From: Dehalococcoidia bacterium
Lineage (GTDB): Bacteria > Chloroflexota > Dehalococcoidia > Plut-88900
Reading direction: 5' to 3'
NCBI GenBank assembly: GCA_965207225.1
Contig: CBDBLV010000004.1
Coordinates: 480,001-544,000 of the forward strand
Length of the DNA: 64,000 nt
Shown: positions 1-9,924 of the stretch, in pieces
How positions within the stretch are numbered: the stretch's first letter is position 1
How the letters are laid out: each line of letters starts with the position of its first letter
Notes under the pieces: generated by a model
What the model was told of the DNA's origin: nothing
The model's database searches: none
What the model saw: only the letters and a program-made list of their open reading frames with translations
Program-made: the position numbers and the translations under genes

Positions 1-1
1 C

Positions 2-1663
2 ATGTGGTTCGGTGACCTGGTAACCATGGAATGGTGGGACGACCTCTGGCTTAACGAAAGCTTCGCCTCCTGGATGGGCAACAAGGCCACCGACGCCCTC
101 TTCCCCGAGTGGTCCATGTGGACCCAGTTTCTTTACCAGGATGTCGGCGAGGGGCTCCGCATCGACGCTCTCCGCAACTCCCACCCCATCGAGGCCAACG
201 TCAAGGACCCCGGAGAAATCCGCGAAATCTTCGACGCCATTTCCTACAACAAGGGCGCCTCCATCCTTTGGATGCTGGAGCAGTACCTTGGCGAGGACAC
301 CTTCCGAGACGGGCTCCGTGTTTACCTATCCCGACACAAGTACGGCAACGCCCAGGGCGCAGATCTTTGGCGGGCTATGGAAGAGGAGTCAGGGCGGCCC
401 GTCATATCCCTCATGGACTCCTGGATAAAGCAGACCGGCTTCCCCGCCCTCACCGTCGATCCCTCCCCCGACGGCTCATCTCTAATCTTGACCCAGAAGC
501 GCTTTCTCTATGACCAGCTGCTGGGTGAAGACTCCGGAGATACCACCTGGAAGGTCCCCGTCAGTATCGCCCGCTCCGACGGCTCCTCTACTCCCCCCAC
601 CCTGATGGAGAGCCCTAACCTGACCATTCCCGTCGGCACTGATCAAGCCTGGACGAAGGTTAACCCCGGCCAAAATGGATTCTACCGAGTCCGCTATGCC
701 CCCGACATGCTGCCTCCCCTCCTCTCCGCCGCTTCCTCCTTCGAACTTCCCCCCACCGACCGCCTCGGACTCCAGTCCGACCTCTTCGCCTTGGTCCGCG
801 CTGGGATGGAACCCGCTACCCGCTATCTTGACTTAGTCGGTGCATACAGAGGTGAGACGGACGCCACGGTCTGGACCGACCTCTCCACCAACCTCCGCGA
901 ACTGGAAGTCCTCCTCGCCGATAACCCCAGCTTGGACCAGTTACGCTCCTTCAACAAGACTGTCTACGAAAACATAGTTGACAGGCTGGGATGGGAAGAG
1001 TCCTCCGGAGAAGGCCACCTCGACGCCCTGCTCCGCACGACTGTGTTGGCGAGAGCGGGAGGGCTCGGCAACGACGCCGTTCTTGAAGAAGCCCGTGACC
1101 GATTCCAGCGCTATCTCCAGGACCCTGCATCCCTCCGCCCCGACATCCGAGGAGTCGCCTACTCCCTCGTAGCCCTTGATGCCGACCGGGACCTCTACGA
1201 GACCCTCTGGGACCTCGAAGACAAGGCCACCCTCCAGGAAGAAAAACGTCGCCTGTTGGGTGCCGTCTCCCGCCTCCGGGACCCGGGCCTCCTGCAGGAG
1301 ACCCTCGAACGCTCCCTGTCGGATAGGGTTCGCGCACAGGACGCGCCCCTGGTCATAATCAGCGTCGCCGCTAACCGCTTCGGCCGAGACCTGGCCTGGG
1401 ACTTCGTCAAGGACAACTGGGCTGAATTCGACCGCCGCTACGGCAAGGGCGGTTTCATGATAATGCGCTTGGTGTCAATCACCGAGACCTTCACAACCAT
1501 CGAAAGGGCCGATGAAGTGGAGGGCTTTTTCCAGGCCAATCCCGTTGCCGGAGCCCAACGCACCGTCCAGCAAGCTCTGGAGAGCATCCGTCTCAACGCC
1601 CGCTGGCTGGAGCTCAACTCCGACCCCGTATCCGCTTGGCTGAACGCTCACCCTTCAGCCTGA
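2..1663 (+). CDS. pepN: M1 family aminopeptidase (5'-truncated by window)
   Basis: H-MWFGDLVTMEWWDDLWLNESF zinc-binding region, FDAISYNKGA, ERAP1-like C-terminus. Confidence 0.9.
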   Translation: MWFGDLVTMEWWDDLWLNESFASWMGNKATDALFPEWSMWTQFLYQDVGEGLRIDALRNSHPIEANVKDPGEIREIFDAISYNKGASILWMLEQYLGEDTFRDGLRVYLSRHKYGNAQGADLWRAMEEESGRPVISLMDSWIKQTGFPALTVDPSPDGSSLILTQKRFLYDQLLGEDSGDTTWKVPVSIARSDGSSTPPTLMESPNLTIPVGTDQAWTKVNPGQNGFYRVRYAPDMLPPLLSAASSFELPPTDRLGLQSDLFALVRAGMEPATRYLDLVGAYRGETDATVWTDLSTNLRELEVLLADNPSLDQLRSFNKTVYENIVDRLGWEESSGEGHLDALLRTTVLARAGGLGNDAVLEEARDRFQRYLQDPASLRPDIRGVAYSLVALDADRDLYETLWDLEDKATLQEEKRRLLGAVSRLRDPGLLQETLERSLSDRVRAQDAPLVIISVAANRFGRDLAWDFVKDNWAEFDRRYGKGGFMIMRLVSITETFTTIERADEVEGFFQANPVAGAQRTVQQALESIRLNARWLELNSDPVSAWLNAHPSA

Positions 1664-1690
1664 ACGCCCTCTCCCCTCGATCGAAAGATG

Positions 1691-1721
1691 AGGGGACTGC
1701 CTCAAGCGGCAGTCCCCTTTT
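1691..1721 (+). terminator. Intrinsic terminator hairpin
   Basis: AGGGGACTGC-loop-GCAGTCCCCT followed by T-run, between convergent genes. Confidence 0.75.
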
Positions 1722-1761
1722 CTCATTTAGTGGAGAAGGCTATAGAGAGGCGGCTTTTCTC

Positions 1762-2739
1762 CTACAGCACTTCCTTCAGCCCCGACTCCAGCTCATCCAA
1801 CGACGCGTACCCCTCGTATTTGGCGGTTATCAGTCCGTCTGAATCGATAATGAAGACCCAACTCTCATTCAGGTAGTCTTCGGATTTCGTCAGGCCCCAC
1901 TCCACCACCACCGGTGAGTAGATGCCCATGTCCAAGCTCGACTGGATTTCAATCGGGTTGTCGTAGATTTCTACGTGGATGAAGTTGGCCTGGTCCGCAT
2001 ACAGGTTCTTGAGCTCCGTAACAGTGTCGACCTGTGGTCCGCAGGTCGGGGAGGTGCAGAACCCGGGGCTCGACATCACCACCACCAACGGCATCCCCGA
2101 CTCCAAAGCCTCCGGTATGGTCGTCTGGTAAAGGTCCAGGTCCGCCCTCGGCCAGGTCGTTATTTCCGTCAACCCTGTTTCATCAGTAGCCGTCTTGTTC
2201 ACCGTCAAAGGCGGCGCTGAGCCAATGGCCGGAGTGTAACTATCCTCCTTGACTTCAACATCCATTACCGCGGAGGCGAGGGTCTCCTCGCCCCGTGCTA
2301 TCACTGCTTCTATCTGCCATGCTCCGGGCCTGTCGAACGTCAACTCGGAAACGTAGTTGCCCCTCGTCCCGAAGGGCCAGAGGTGGAACCTGCCACTTGC
2401 CCTTTCGACTTCTTCTCCCCCAAACAGGGTTCGCACTTGGATCTGGGGCAGCGACACCAACCCCTCCGAGGTCTGCAGCACGAAGGAGACCCTGTTGGCG
2501 CCCACCCCTAGGTCCTTAGTCCCCAGCAAGCCCTCAAGGTCTGGGAACGAGGCTACGCCCATTGCGACGGGCGTTTCTCCCGGCTCCGCGGCAGGTTCGT
2601 CTCTGGCCTCTTCGGCCGGTGCCTGGGTCGCTTCGGCGGTCGGGGCCGCCGTGGGGGGTGTCTCTCCTCCGCCGCACGCCATGAGTATTAGCAAGCCCGC
2701 GATCAGAACAAGGACAACGACGGCACTTCGCAGGCGCAT
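1762..2739 (-). CDS. Lipoprotein with thioredoxin-like C-terminal domain
   Basis: GGAGGAG SD then MRLRS, lipobox LMAC, Pro/Ala/Glu linker, FCTSPTCGP motif. Confidence 0.7.
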   Translation of the reverse strand: MRLRSAVVVLVLIAGLLILMACGGGETPPTAAPTAEATQAPAEEARDEPAAEPGETPVAMGVASFPDLEGLLGTKDLGVGANRVSFVLQTSEGLVSLPQIQVRTLFGGEEVERASGRFHLWPFGTRGNYVSELTFDRPGAWQIEAVIARGEETLASAVMDVEVKEDSYTPAIGSAPPLTVNKTATDETGLTEITTWPRADLDLYQTTIPEALESGMPLVVVMSSPGFCTSPTCGPQVDTVTELKNLYADQANFIHVEIYDNPIEIQSSLDMGIYSPVVVEWGLTKSEDYLNESWVFIIDSDGLITAKYEGYASLDELESGLKEVL

Positions 2740-2758
2740 TCGACTCCTCCTCCCCTGC

Positions 2759-4030
2759 CTAGAACCCCGTCGAGTACGACCCGAAGGTGAAGGCGTAAAC
2801 ATTGAAGTCCTCCGAATTGGAGCTGAGCTTGAGTTCGTGGCTGCCGTAGGCGGGCAGACGGATTAGCCGGTACATGCGGGGTTCGTCCACCGTTATTACC
2901 GTCATGTCCTGTCCGTTCAGCTGCAGGTCGTCACCCCAGGCGTCCATGGGCACCGGCTGGTCGTCCAGTGTAATCACCACGTCGTACGGGTCCACGTCCT
3001 CAGAATTGATAACTACGTTCACTGAAGTCCCGAAGAACTTCAGTGCAATGTAGTCTTCCAGGTTCTCCGTCTGCCTGTCGTGCTCGATGCTCTCCGGTCC
3101 GTTCACCCACACCCCTTCCAGGTACAGGAAGTGGTTTGTGTGGTTGCCAGGGTCCGAATACACCGCCGACGTATTCAATGGCGTGAAATAGTATTCATTG
3201 TTGCCGTGATACGGAATCTGTGCTCCCAGGTTCCTGTGCGTGCCCGCATACAACTCCCGGGTCTGAAGCACCCGGCCCTCTTCATCGTAAGCCCCCTCAT
3301 CCAGCCTGGGGCCCGTGTCCACATTCACCTGGATGTCTGAAACATCCGACCCGATCTCCTCGAGCAGCATTCGGATCCATTCCTCGGTCTCATCGTAGCG
3401 CCCCTCTCCAAAGTGCCTGTATCGGATTACGCCGTCCTGGTCGATCAGGTATTTGGCCGGCCAGTACCGGTTGTTGTAAGACCGCCACGTCCTGAAGTCG
3501 TTGTCCTGCGCCATCCTCCAGCCGAGCCCATGCTGCTCCACCGCCGCGACCACGTTGTCGTAGTCCTTTTCAAACTCAAACTCCGGCGTGTGTATCCCAA
3601 CAATGTTCAGCCCAAGGTCGTCATACTTTTCATGCCAGTCCTTCAGGTAGGGCAGCGTTCGCAGACAGTTGACGCATGTATATGTCCAGAAGTCCACCAG
3701 AACCACCTCTCCCCGCAGACTCCCAAGGGTGAACTCGTCCGTGTTTATCCATCCGGATATTCCCGAAAGATCCGGCGCTATGCTCCCGACTTCCCCCGCT
3801 ACTTCTGAATACACCTTCGACGTGGCCGTAGGCACGGGCCCCGAGGGCGTTGCCGTAGGATCGGCGGCTGCCGTGGAATCCGATGTCTGCTGTTCGCCTG
3901 TCGAGACAGTCTCCCCTTCGCCGGATGTTTCACTGGCATCTCCTCCGCATGCTGCAATCGTCAGCACGGTAAAGAGCAGCACCGTAACCAGCGCAAGGCC
4001 CATTTTCCTCAACCGGAATTGTCTCTTCAT
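2759..4030 (-). CDS. DipZ-like redoxin lipoprotein
   Basis: Lipobox IAAC; VDFWTYTCVNC, GIHTPEFEFEK, YWPAKYLID, C-terminal YAFTFG typical of DipZ. Confidence 0.85.
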   Translation of the reverse strand: MKRQFRLRKMGLALVTVLLFTVLTIAACGGDASETSGEGETVSTGEQQTSDSTAAADPTATPSGPVPTATSKVYSEVAGEVGSIAPDLSGISGWINTDEFTLGSLRGEVVLVDFWTYTCVNCLRTLPYLKDWHEKYDDLGLNIVGIHTPEFEFEKDYDNVVAAVEQHGLGWRMAQDNDFRTWRSYNNRYWPAKYLIDQDGVIRYRHFGEGRYDETEEWIRMLLEEIGSDVSDIQVNVDTGPRLDEGAYDEEGRVLQTRELYAGTHRNLGAQIPYHGNNEYYFTPLNTSAVYSDPGNHTNHFLYLEGVWVNGPESIEHDRQTENLEDYIALKFFGTSVNVVINSEDVDPYDVVITLDDQPVPMDAWGDDLQLNGQDMTVITVDEPRMYRLIRLPAYGSHELKLSSNSEDFNVYAFTFGSYSTGF

Positions 4031-4144
4031 CTCGATCCTTTCATTTACTCACCGTGTCCTAAATACACAAATGAGCAGCCAATTGTCTTCCCTAGTGGTT
4101 AACGTATAAATCTTCCAAAGGTAATGCACACGTCAGTCGTTACA

Positions 4145-5431
4145 TCAATTTTGCCATATTACTCCCGCTATTGAGACCAATGACCCTCCCATCGGGTCAG
4201 CCGGGCACTGATCATACGCCGTGACCGAACCCGATACCTCGTTTCCAAGTGTCCTGAGTGCCAGGTAGATCGGCGTTAATCCGCAGACCCGCCTCTGGTC
4301 CCTCTCCAACCTCATCCCGTCCAGGAATCTCTCCGCGTCACCTTTGCAGATTGCCTCTAACGACAATTCGTCTGCCCTTTTCAGCGCAGCCCTTTCGTTT
4401 CCACCCCACGGCCTCGGGTCCCCGAAGGCCGGGCCTACGTGTGCTAGGTCCCCCGCCGCCACCACCAGCGTCCTCCGACTCTCCGTCACCCTCCTCAACT
4501 CAGCCGCGACGAAGTCGAGCCTTCTACCTCCCTCTCCATCCCCACCTCCGTGCACGTAGCTCCCTATGTGCCCGCAAAGTATCGGTAGGACCCGGGGCCT
4601 GTCCCCGTTACGACCCACCTTCCTCACGAGGTAGTGCAGCCACACCAGCGCTAGCTCCACGGAATGCTCCCTGATATGGTGCTCCTCCTCTCCAAACGCT
4701 GATTCCCCACCCAACCCTGCCACCAGGGAATCTACCAGTTCCCTGTCCGTCGGGAGTGGGCCCCAAGGGGTCGCATAGCTCTGCAGTGTAGGCGTGATCT
4801 TGCAGTCTCCCCCGGCGTGGTCTGTGCCCAGGATTATCGCCAGTTCGCACTCCCGGGCGGCTTCTTCAAGATACCGCCACGTCCTCGCATAGCTACGATG
4901 TCCCCGCTGGTAGTCGATATGCGGACTCAACACCCCCACTACACTTCCGGTCTCCTCTACCTTGATCAAAGAAGGTTGGGGTGAGGGCAAAGGTGAGATT
5001 GCATCTTCCCCCACTTCCTTCATGTACCCGTCCAGCAGACTCTCTAATGCTTCCGGGTCTGCGGGGTAGCTCGGCCCTGCCAATGCAGGCTTCCTGTAAG
5101 GCAATCCGCGGTACTCCTCCAACGCCTTCCCCCGAGCCTCTTCAAACCGAGGCCCCTCCAGCAGCAAAGCCTCGTCCAGCCGCAGAAAAAACGAATCGAC
5201 CTGCTCTTGGGTAACCGAGAGGCCGTGCATCAGCGTGGCCGCCGCCCGGATGCTCCCCAGGTCCCTTTGCCCGTCGCTCAATGCCAATAGGGGAATCAAT
5301 TGCACGGACGCGAGCAGTTCCTCGCCAGAAAGTGACATCGGGTCCCGCAAATGCAAGTAGTCCCGACCCCCCTGCCTCACCCTTTTGATATCCAGTGCCC
5401 TGAGCTTGGGGCGCATCTTTTGATCACTCAT
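4145..5431 (-). CDS. AmmeMemoRadiSam system protein B (MEMO1 family)
   Basis: SPHIDYQRG, GTDH, EHSVEL, GDLAHVG, VCG motifs. Confidence 0.85.
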   Translation of the reverse strand: MSDQKMRPKLRALDIKRVRQGGRDYLHLRDPMSLSGEELLASVQLIPLLALSDGQRDLGSIRAAATLMHGLSVTQEQVDSFFLRLDEALLLEGPRFEEARGKALEEYRGLPYRKPALAGPSYPADPEALESLLDGYMKEVGEDAISPLPSPQPSLIKVEETGSVVGVLSPHIDYQRGHRSYARTWRYLEEAARECELAIILGTDHAGGDCKITPTLQSYATPWGPLPTDRELVDSLVAGLGGESAFGEEEHHIREHSVELALVWLHYLVRKVGRNGDRPRVLPILCGHIGSYVHGGGDGEGGRRLDFVAAELRRVTESRRTLVVAAGDLAHVGPAFGDPRPWGGNERAALKRADELSLEAICKGDAERFLDGMRLERDQRRVCGLTPIYLALRTLGNEVSGSVTAYDQCPADPMGGSLVSIAGVIWQN

Positions 5432-5463
5432 AGCTTCCCAAAATACCACACCGCTATCGATTC

Positions 5464-5871
5464 TTAATTCTGGTCACGTTCCTCTTGATTTTTCATTTTG
5501 TCTAAGGAACCCTCCCATACCCCCTCCCCGATTGTCTCAAGCCACGAGACTATCCCCGACAATTTCTTGTAGGCCTCCAGCCTCGCCCCGTCCTCCCCAG
5601 AGCCCTCCGCCTCCTTCACAATCGCCGCCATCTGCTTCACCACCCGAGGACCCAACTCCATCGCGCCCTCACTTCCAGAGGTCGCCCACTTCACCAGCAC
5701 GTAACGGGCGATTACTCCCACGGGTAGACCCAGGTTCCGGCTCATGCCTTCCAGCGTCGGCATAGGGTCGATTCGACTGTACAAAGCTACATCCTGCTTG
5801 AAGTTAGCGTCGGGATCGTCTTCCTCTATTGGGTCTTCGAAGATTTCCAGGCTAACGATAGGACATTTCAT
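5464..5871 (-). CDS. Conserved hypothetical protein
   Basis: AGGAG SD upstream of MKCPIV; protein-like composition (DDPDANFKQDV, RYVLVKWA). Confidence 0.65.
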   Translation of the reverse strand: MKCPIVSLEIFEDPIEEDDPDANFKQDVALYSRIDPMPTLEGMSRNLGLPVGVIARYVLVKWATSGSEGAMELGPRVVKQMAAIVKEAEGSGEDGARLEAYKKLSGIVSWLETIGEGVWEGSLDKMKNQEERDQN

Positions 5872-5952
5872 GTCCGGATTTCCTTTCTCCTTGATCTGCG
5901 ACTCAATGATATAATGCGCCATCCTTCCCCACCCCCAGCCCTTTCTCCGTCC

Positions 5953-6945
5953 ATGACCTCCCCCGACTACAACCAGGATTCCCTGATCTTCGGCGTCGAC
6001 ATTGGCGGCACCTCTGTGCGAGCCGCCCTCGCCCATTCCCCAACTCTAATCCTCGCCAAGACCCGCCGCCCCTCCCCCGCCAACCAGCCTCCCGAGGCCA
6101 TGGTCCATGCTGTCAAAGATATATACCACCACCTCCTTTCAGAGGTTGGAGCCAAGACTGCCAGCGCCGTCGGAGTCTCTTCTCCAGGGCCCGTGGACAC
6201 CGTAGCAGGTACTCTGGTAGACCCCCCAAATTTACCGTTATACGAAACAGTCCCCCTGAGAGACATGCTGCAGGAATCGCTTGGCCCGCCCGTGGCCCTT
6301 GAAAACGACGCCAACGCCGCCGCCATCGCCGAACACCGGGTTGGTCAAGGCAAGGACACGCTGCATTTGGCCTATGTCACCTTGAGCACGGGAATCGGCG
6401 CAGGAATCATATCCGACGGTCGACCCGTTCGCGGCGCTCGTGGTGCGGCAGGAGAGGTCGGGCACATCAAGCTCATGGTCGATGGACCCCAGTGCGGCTG
6501 CGGTCAAAGGGGGTGCTGGGAAGCTCTTGCATCCGGTTCTGCGATGCAAAAGGAGGCCCTCCGTTTTGTCGGAGAAGGTCATCAGACTTCCCTGTCCAGC
6601 CTTGAACCCTCCGAAATCGACGCCCAGGCCATCTTCCACGCCGCCCGGTCCGGCGACTCCCTCGCCAACCGCATCTTGGACAAAGCTGCCTACTTCACCG
6701 GCATCGGCCTCGCTGCCATCGTCGACGTCCTAAACCCCGAGATAGTGGTAGTCGGGGGCGGCCTCACTCAAATGGGCCCCCGACTCCTGGACCCCGCCTT
6801 CAAAACTTGCCGTGAACACATCTTTCCGCTCCACGAAAGATTTCTTCGATTGGAGGTCAGCAACCTCGGTGACGATGTATCATTGGTCGGGGCCCTCGTC
6901 CTTGCAGAAGAACTTGCTCGCCATTCACGCGGCGTTGAGGAGTAA
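5953..6945 (+). CDS. ROK family sugar kinase (glucokinase-like)
   Basis: GVDIGGT, LENDANAAA, GEVGH, CGCGQRGCWE. Confidence 0.9.
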   Translation: MTSPDYNQDSLIFGVDIGGTSVRAALAHSPTLILAKTRRPSPANQPPEAMVHAVKDIYHHLLSEVGAKTASAVGVSSPGPVDTVAGTLVDPPNLPLYETVPLRDMLQESLGPPVALENDANAAAIAEHRVGQGKDTLHLAYVTLSTGIGAGIISDGRPVRGARGAAGEVGHIKLMVDGPQCGCGQRGCWEALASGSAMQKEALRFVGEGHQTSLSSLEPSEIDAQAIFHAARSGDSLANRILDKAAYFTGIGLAAIVDVLNPEIVVVGGGLTQMGPRLLDPAFKTCREHIFPLHERFLRLEVSNLGDDVSLVGALVLAEELARHSRGVEE

Positions 6946-6951
6946 TCAATC

Positions 6952-8253
6952 ATGAAGTTCGATAAGTCCATAGAGCTCCATAAAAGGTCCAGCCGGTCCC
7001 TCGCTGGCGGTGTCAGCAGCCACCACCGCCGCGGCGAACTCCCGGTGCCCCTGTTCTTCGATCACGGCAAAGGCTCCCGAACGTACGACGTGGACGGCAA
7101 CGAGTTCATCGATTACTTCATGGGCAATGGGGCGGCAATATTCGGGCACTCCCCCGACTTCCTCCTGAACTCCGTCCGTGATGTGCTGGACCGCGGGCAG
7201 ATGTTTGCCGGCCAGCACGACCTCGAAATCAAAGTCGCCGAGCTAATCGCCGAAACAGTGCCCTCGGCGGAGATGGTACGCTATGGCAGCTCTGGCACCG
7301 AGGCAGTCCTGGCCGCAGTCAGGATCGCCCGCGCCTACACCGGCCGGTCCCTGATCATCAAGTTCGAGGGCCACTACCACGGCTGGGCCGACCCAGTCCT
7401 CTACAGCGTCGCACCCAACGTCCAGGACGCGGGCCCCTACGACTCCCCCCTCCCTGTCCCCGAATCGTTGGGCCAGTCCCCCGGCTCCGCAGAAGAGGTG
7501 ATCATTCTTCCCTGGAACAACCTGGAAGTCGTCGCGAACGCAATCCGCAAGCACCCCGACGAAATAGCAGCCGTCATCATGGAGGCCGTCCCGGTAAACA
7601 CCAACAGCGCCTTTCCGGGACCCGGCTACCTGGAGGGCGTCCGCAATCTTTGCGACGAGAACGGCATTATGCTGATCTTCGACGAAGTCATTACCGGATA
7701 TCGGCTCGCAGTCGGTGGGGCGCAGGAACTTCTCGGCGTCACCCCCGACCTGACAACGCTGGCCAAGGCAGCTGCCGGTGGATTCCCATTCTCAGCCGTC
7801 GCCGGCAAGCGGGAAGTCATGCAACCCGTCGCCGATGGTCGGGTCATGCACGCAGGGACCGCCAGCGGCAACGTCGTCTCCCTGGCCGCCTCCGAGACCA
7901 CCATCAACAGCCTCAGGGCCAACGAAGCCGAGCTTATTCGGCACATGCACCACGTCGGGGGCCTGCTGATGGACGGCCTCCGGGACCTGGCCGGCAAGCA
8001 CGAGGAAGATGTCCTTGTCCAGGGCCCCTCCCCCATCTTCACCATGGCATTCACCCCGGAGTCCTCTCTCCCCGACTACCGCTCCTTCTACGAGAAGGTT
8101 GACCACGAGCGCTACAACGTCTTCCGTCAAAACCTGCTTGAAAACGGAGTCAGGACAACCATGCACGGTAAATGGTTCCTCTCAACCGCCCACACCGAGC
8201 AGGATATAGAGCAGACGCTAGACGCTGCGGACAAAGCCCTTCGTGCGCTTTAG
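6952..8253 (+). CDS. Class III PLP aminotransferase (glutamate-1-semialdehyde aminomutase-like)
   Basis: DVDGNEFIDY, SGTEA, FEGHYHG, IFDEVITG, PDLTTLAK. Confidence 0.85.
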   Translation: MKFDKSIELHKRSSRSLAGGVSSHHRRGELPVPLFFDHGKGSRTYDVDGNEFIDYFMGNGAAIFGHSPDFLLNSVRDVLDRGQMFAGQHDLEIKVAELIAETVPSAEMVRYGSSGTEAVLAAVRIARAYTGRSLIIKFEGHYHGWADPVLYSVAPNVQDAGPYDSPLPVPESLGQSPGSAEEVIILPWNNLEVVANAIRKHPDEIAAVIMEAVPVNTNSAFPGPGYLEGVRNLCDENGIMLIFDEVITGYRLAVGGAQELLGVTPDLTTLAKAAAGGFPFSAVAGKREVMQPVADGRVMHAGTASGNVVSLAASETTINSLRANEAELIRHMHHVGGLLMDGLRDLAGKHEEDVLVQGPSPIFTMAFTPESSLPDYRSFYEKVDHERYNVFRQNLLENGVRTTMHGKWFLSTAHTEQDIEQTLDAADKALRAL

Positions 8254-8300
8254 CATTTCAAAGCGTCGATCAGTTTTCAGGAACGGAGTGAGTTCTTCCC

Positions 8301-9878
8301 CTACACCCGGGTCCCGAATCTCCCCTTCGGCCCCAGTCCGCTCTGGATAGCCCCCTGCGACGCCTTCACGAACCGGTACACGTAATACCTCGTCTCCACC
8401 GGGTCGATCATCTCCTCCAGCCCGAATGCCTCCGCAGTCTTCCACGGCGAAGAGTCTTCGAGTAGCTTCGCCTCGATCTGGCTGCGTTTGGCGTCGGGGT
8501 CATCCGCCGCTTCAATCTCCCTGCGGAACGCCGCAAATACGCCGCCTTCCACCGGCATATCCCCGAACTCTCCCGTGGCCCATCCTATGCGCAGGTGCAG
8601 GCGGTCAGGGTTCGCCGTCGAGTTGCACGCCATCCCGAACGCTTTCCGCATGTGCACCGTCACCATCGGCACCGTGGACTCCATCATTGCCTGAAGCGCC
8701 CTCATCCCCTTCCGTAGAGTCCCTTCTCTCTCAGCCGCCTCCCCGATCATAAATCCGGGCACATCCACCAGGTAGACAATCGGCAGATTGAAAGTATCGC
8801 AAAGCTCGATGAACCGGGCCTGTTTCGTGGACGCCTGGGCATCCAGCGCTCCGCCAATGTACATGGGGTTGCTTGCCAGGACGCCCACCGAGTAACCACC
8901 GATTCTCGCCGGCCCGACTATCAGCGATCTCCCCCAGTCGGGCCCGATTTCGAAGAACGACCCCCGGTCGAAAATCACATCGATAAGGTCGTGAGAATCA
9001 TAGGCCTGGCGCCGGTCCTCGGGTATCAGCTTTAACAGGATGTCATCCTGCCTGTCCGGTGGGTCTCCGGTCTCGACAAAGGGAGGCATCTCCCACACGT
9101 TCTGTGGGAAGTAACTCAGGAATCTTTTCATCTGCCTGACCGCATCCGCCTCGTCATCCGCCACGTTATCCACCGTCCCCGAAATCTGCGTATGTATCTG
9201 TGCTCCCCCGAGCTCGAACTTGTTGACCCTGTGCCCGAGCGCCCTTTCGACCACCGGCGGCCCGCCCGCAAACACGCATGCCGTCTCCCGGGTCATAATC
9301 GAAAAGTGGGAGACCACCAACCTCCCCGCCGACCCTCCCGCACAGGCCCCCATGCCCGCCGCGATGACCGGCACCTCCCCCAGCAGCTGGTAACACCTGC
9401 CAAAACTCGCCGAGCTCACTATGGGCGCGTGCCCCGTGGTCTGCTGCATCCCCACCCCTCCACCAACACCCTCAACGAATATCATCAGTGGGATCCGGTA
9501 CTCATGGGCCAGGTCCTCCAGGAAGCCGCCTATGCCGCCCTTCTTCCGGTCCAGCCCTATGGTGTGACCCGCGCTGACGGTAAAGTCCTCACCCCCGAGC
9601 GCCACCGGCCGACCGTCCACTTCAGCCAGACCCATGATGTAGCTGGCCGGAGTCGGCTCCAGTTCCTTGCCCTGGGAGTCGTACCGGTGGTCGATGGCCA
9701 TGGTCCCCACTTCCAGGAAGCTGTCGGGGTCGGCCAGCATGCCGATCCGTTCTCTCACAAGGCCTCGGCCCTGCGACCTCTGCTTCTCTACGGCACGGTC
9801 CCCGCCGTGGGTCAACGACCGCTCTCTGCGGTACCTGAGCTCTTCTCTTGCCTTTTCCCATGTGAACGACTGGGTCAT
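8301..9878 (-). CDS. Acyl-CoA carboxylase carboxyltransferase (beta) subunit
   Basis: EDFTVSAG, AGGPPVV, ELGGAQIH, CDTFNLPIVYLVDVPGF. Confidence 0.85.
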   Translation of the reverse strand: MTQSFTWEKAREELRYRRERSLTHGGDRAVEKQRSQGRGLVRERIGMLADPDSFLEVGTMAIDHRYDSQGKELEPTPASYIMGLAEVDGRPVALGGEDFTVSAGHTIGLDRKKGGIGGFLEDLAHEYRIPLMIFVEGVGGGVGMQQTTGHAPIVSSASFGRCYQLLGEVPVIAAGMGACAGGSAGRLVVSHFSIMTRETACVFAGGPPVVERALGHRVNKFELGGAQIHTQISGTVDNVADDEADAVRQMKRFLSYFPQNVWEMPPFVETGDPPDRQDDILLKLIPEDRRQAYDSHDLIDVIFDRGSFFEIGPDWGRSLIVGPARIGGYSVGVLASNPMYIGGALDAQASTKQARFIELCDTFNLPIVYLVDVPGFMIGEAAEREGTLRKGMRALQAMMESTVPMVTVHMRKAFGMACNSTANPDRLHLRIGWATGEFGDMPVEGGVFAAFRREIEAADDPDAKRSQIEAKLLEDSSPWKTAEAFGLEEMIDPVETRYYVYRFVKASQGAIQSGLGPKGRFGTRV

Positions 9879-9924
9879 CGATAAGCCTCCTGAGAACTTT
9901 ACTGAGTATTTGTGCTTCGAGATT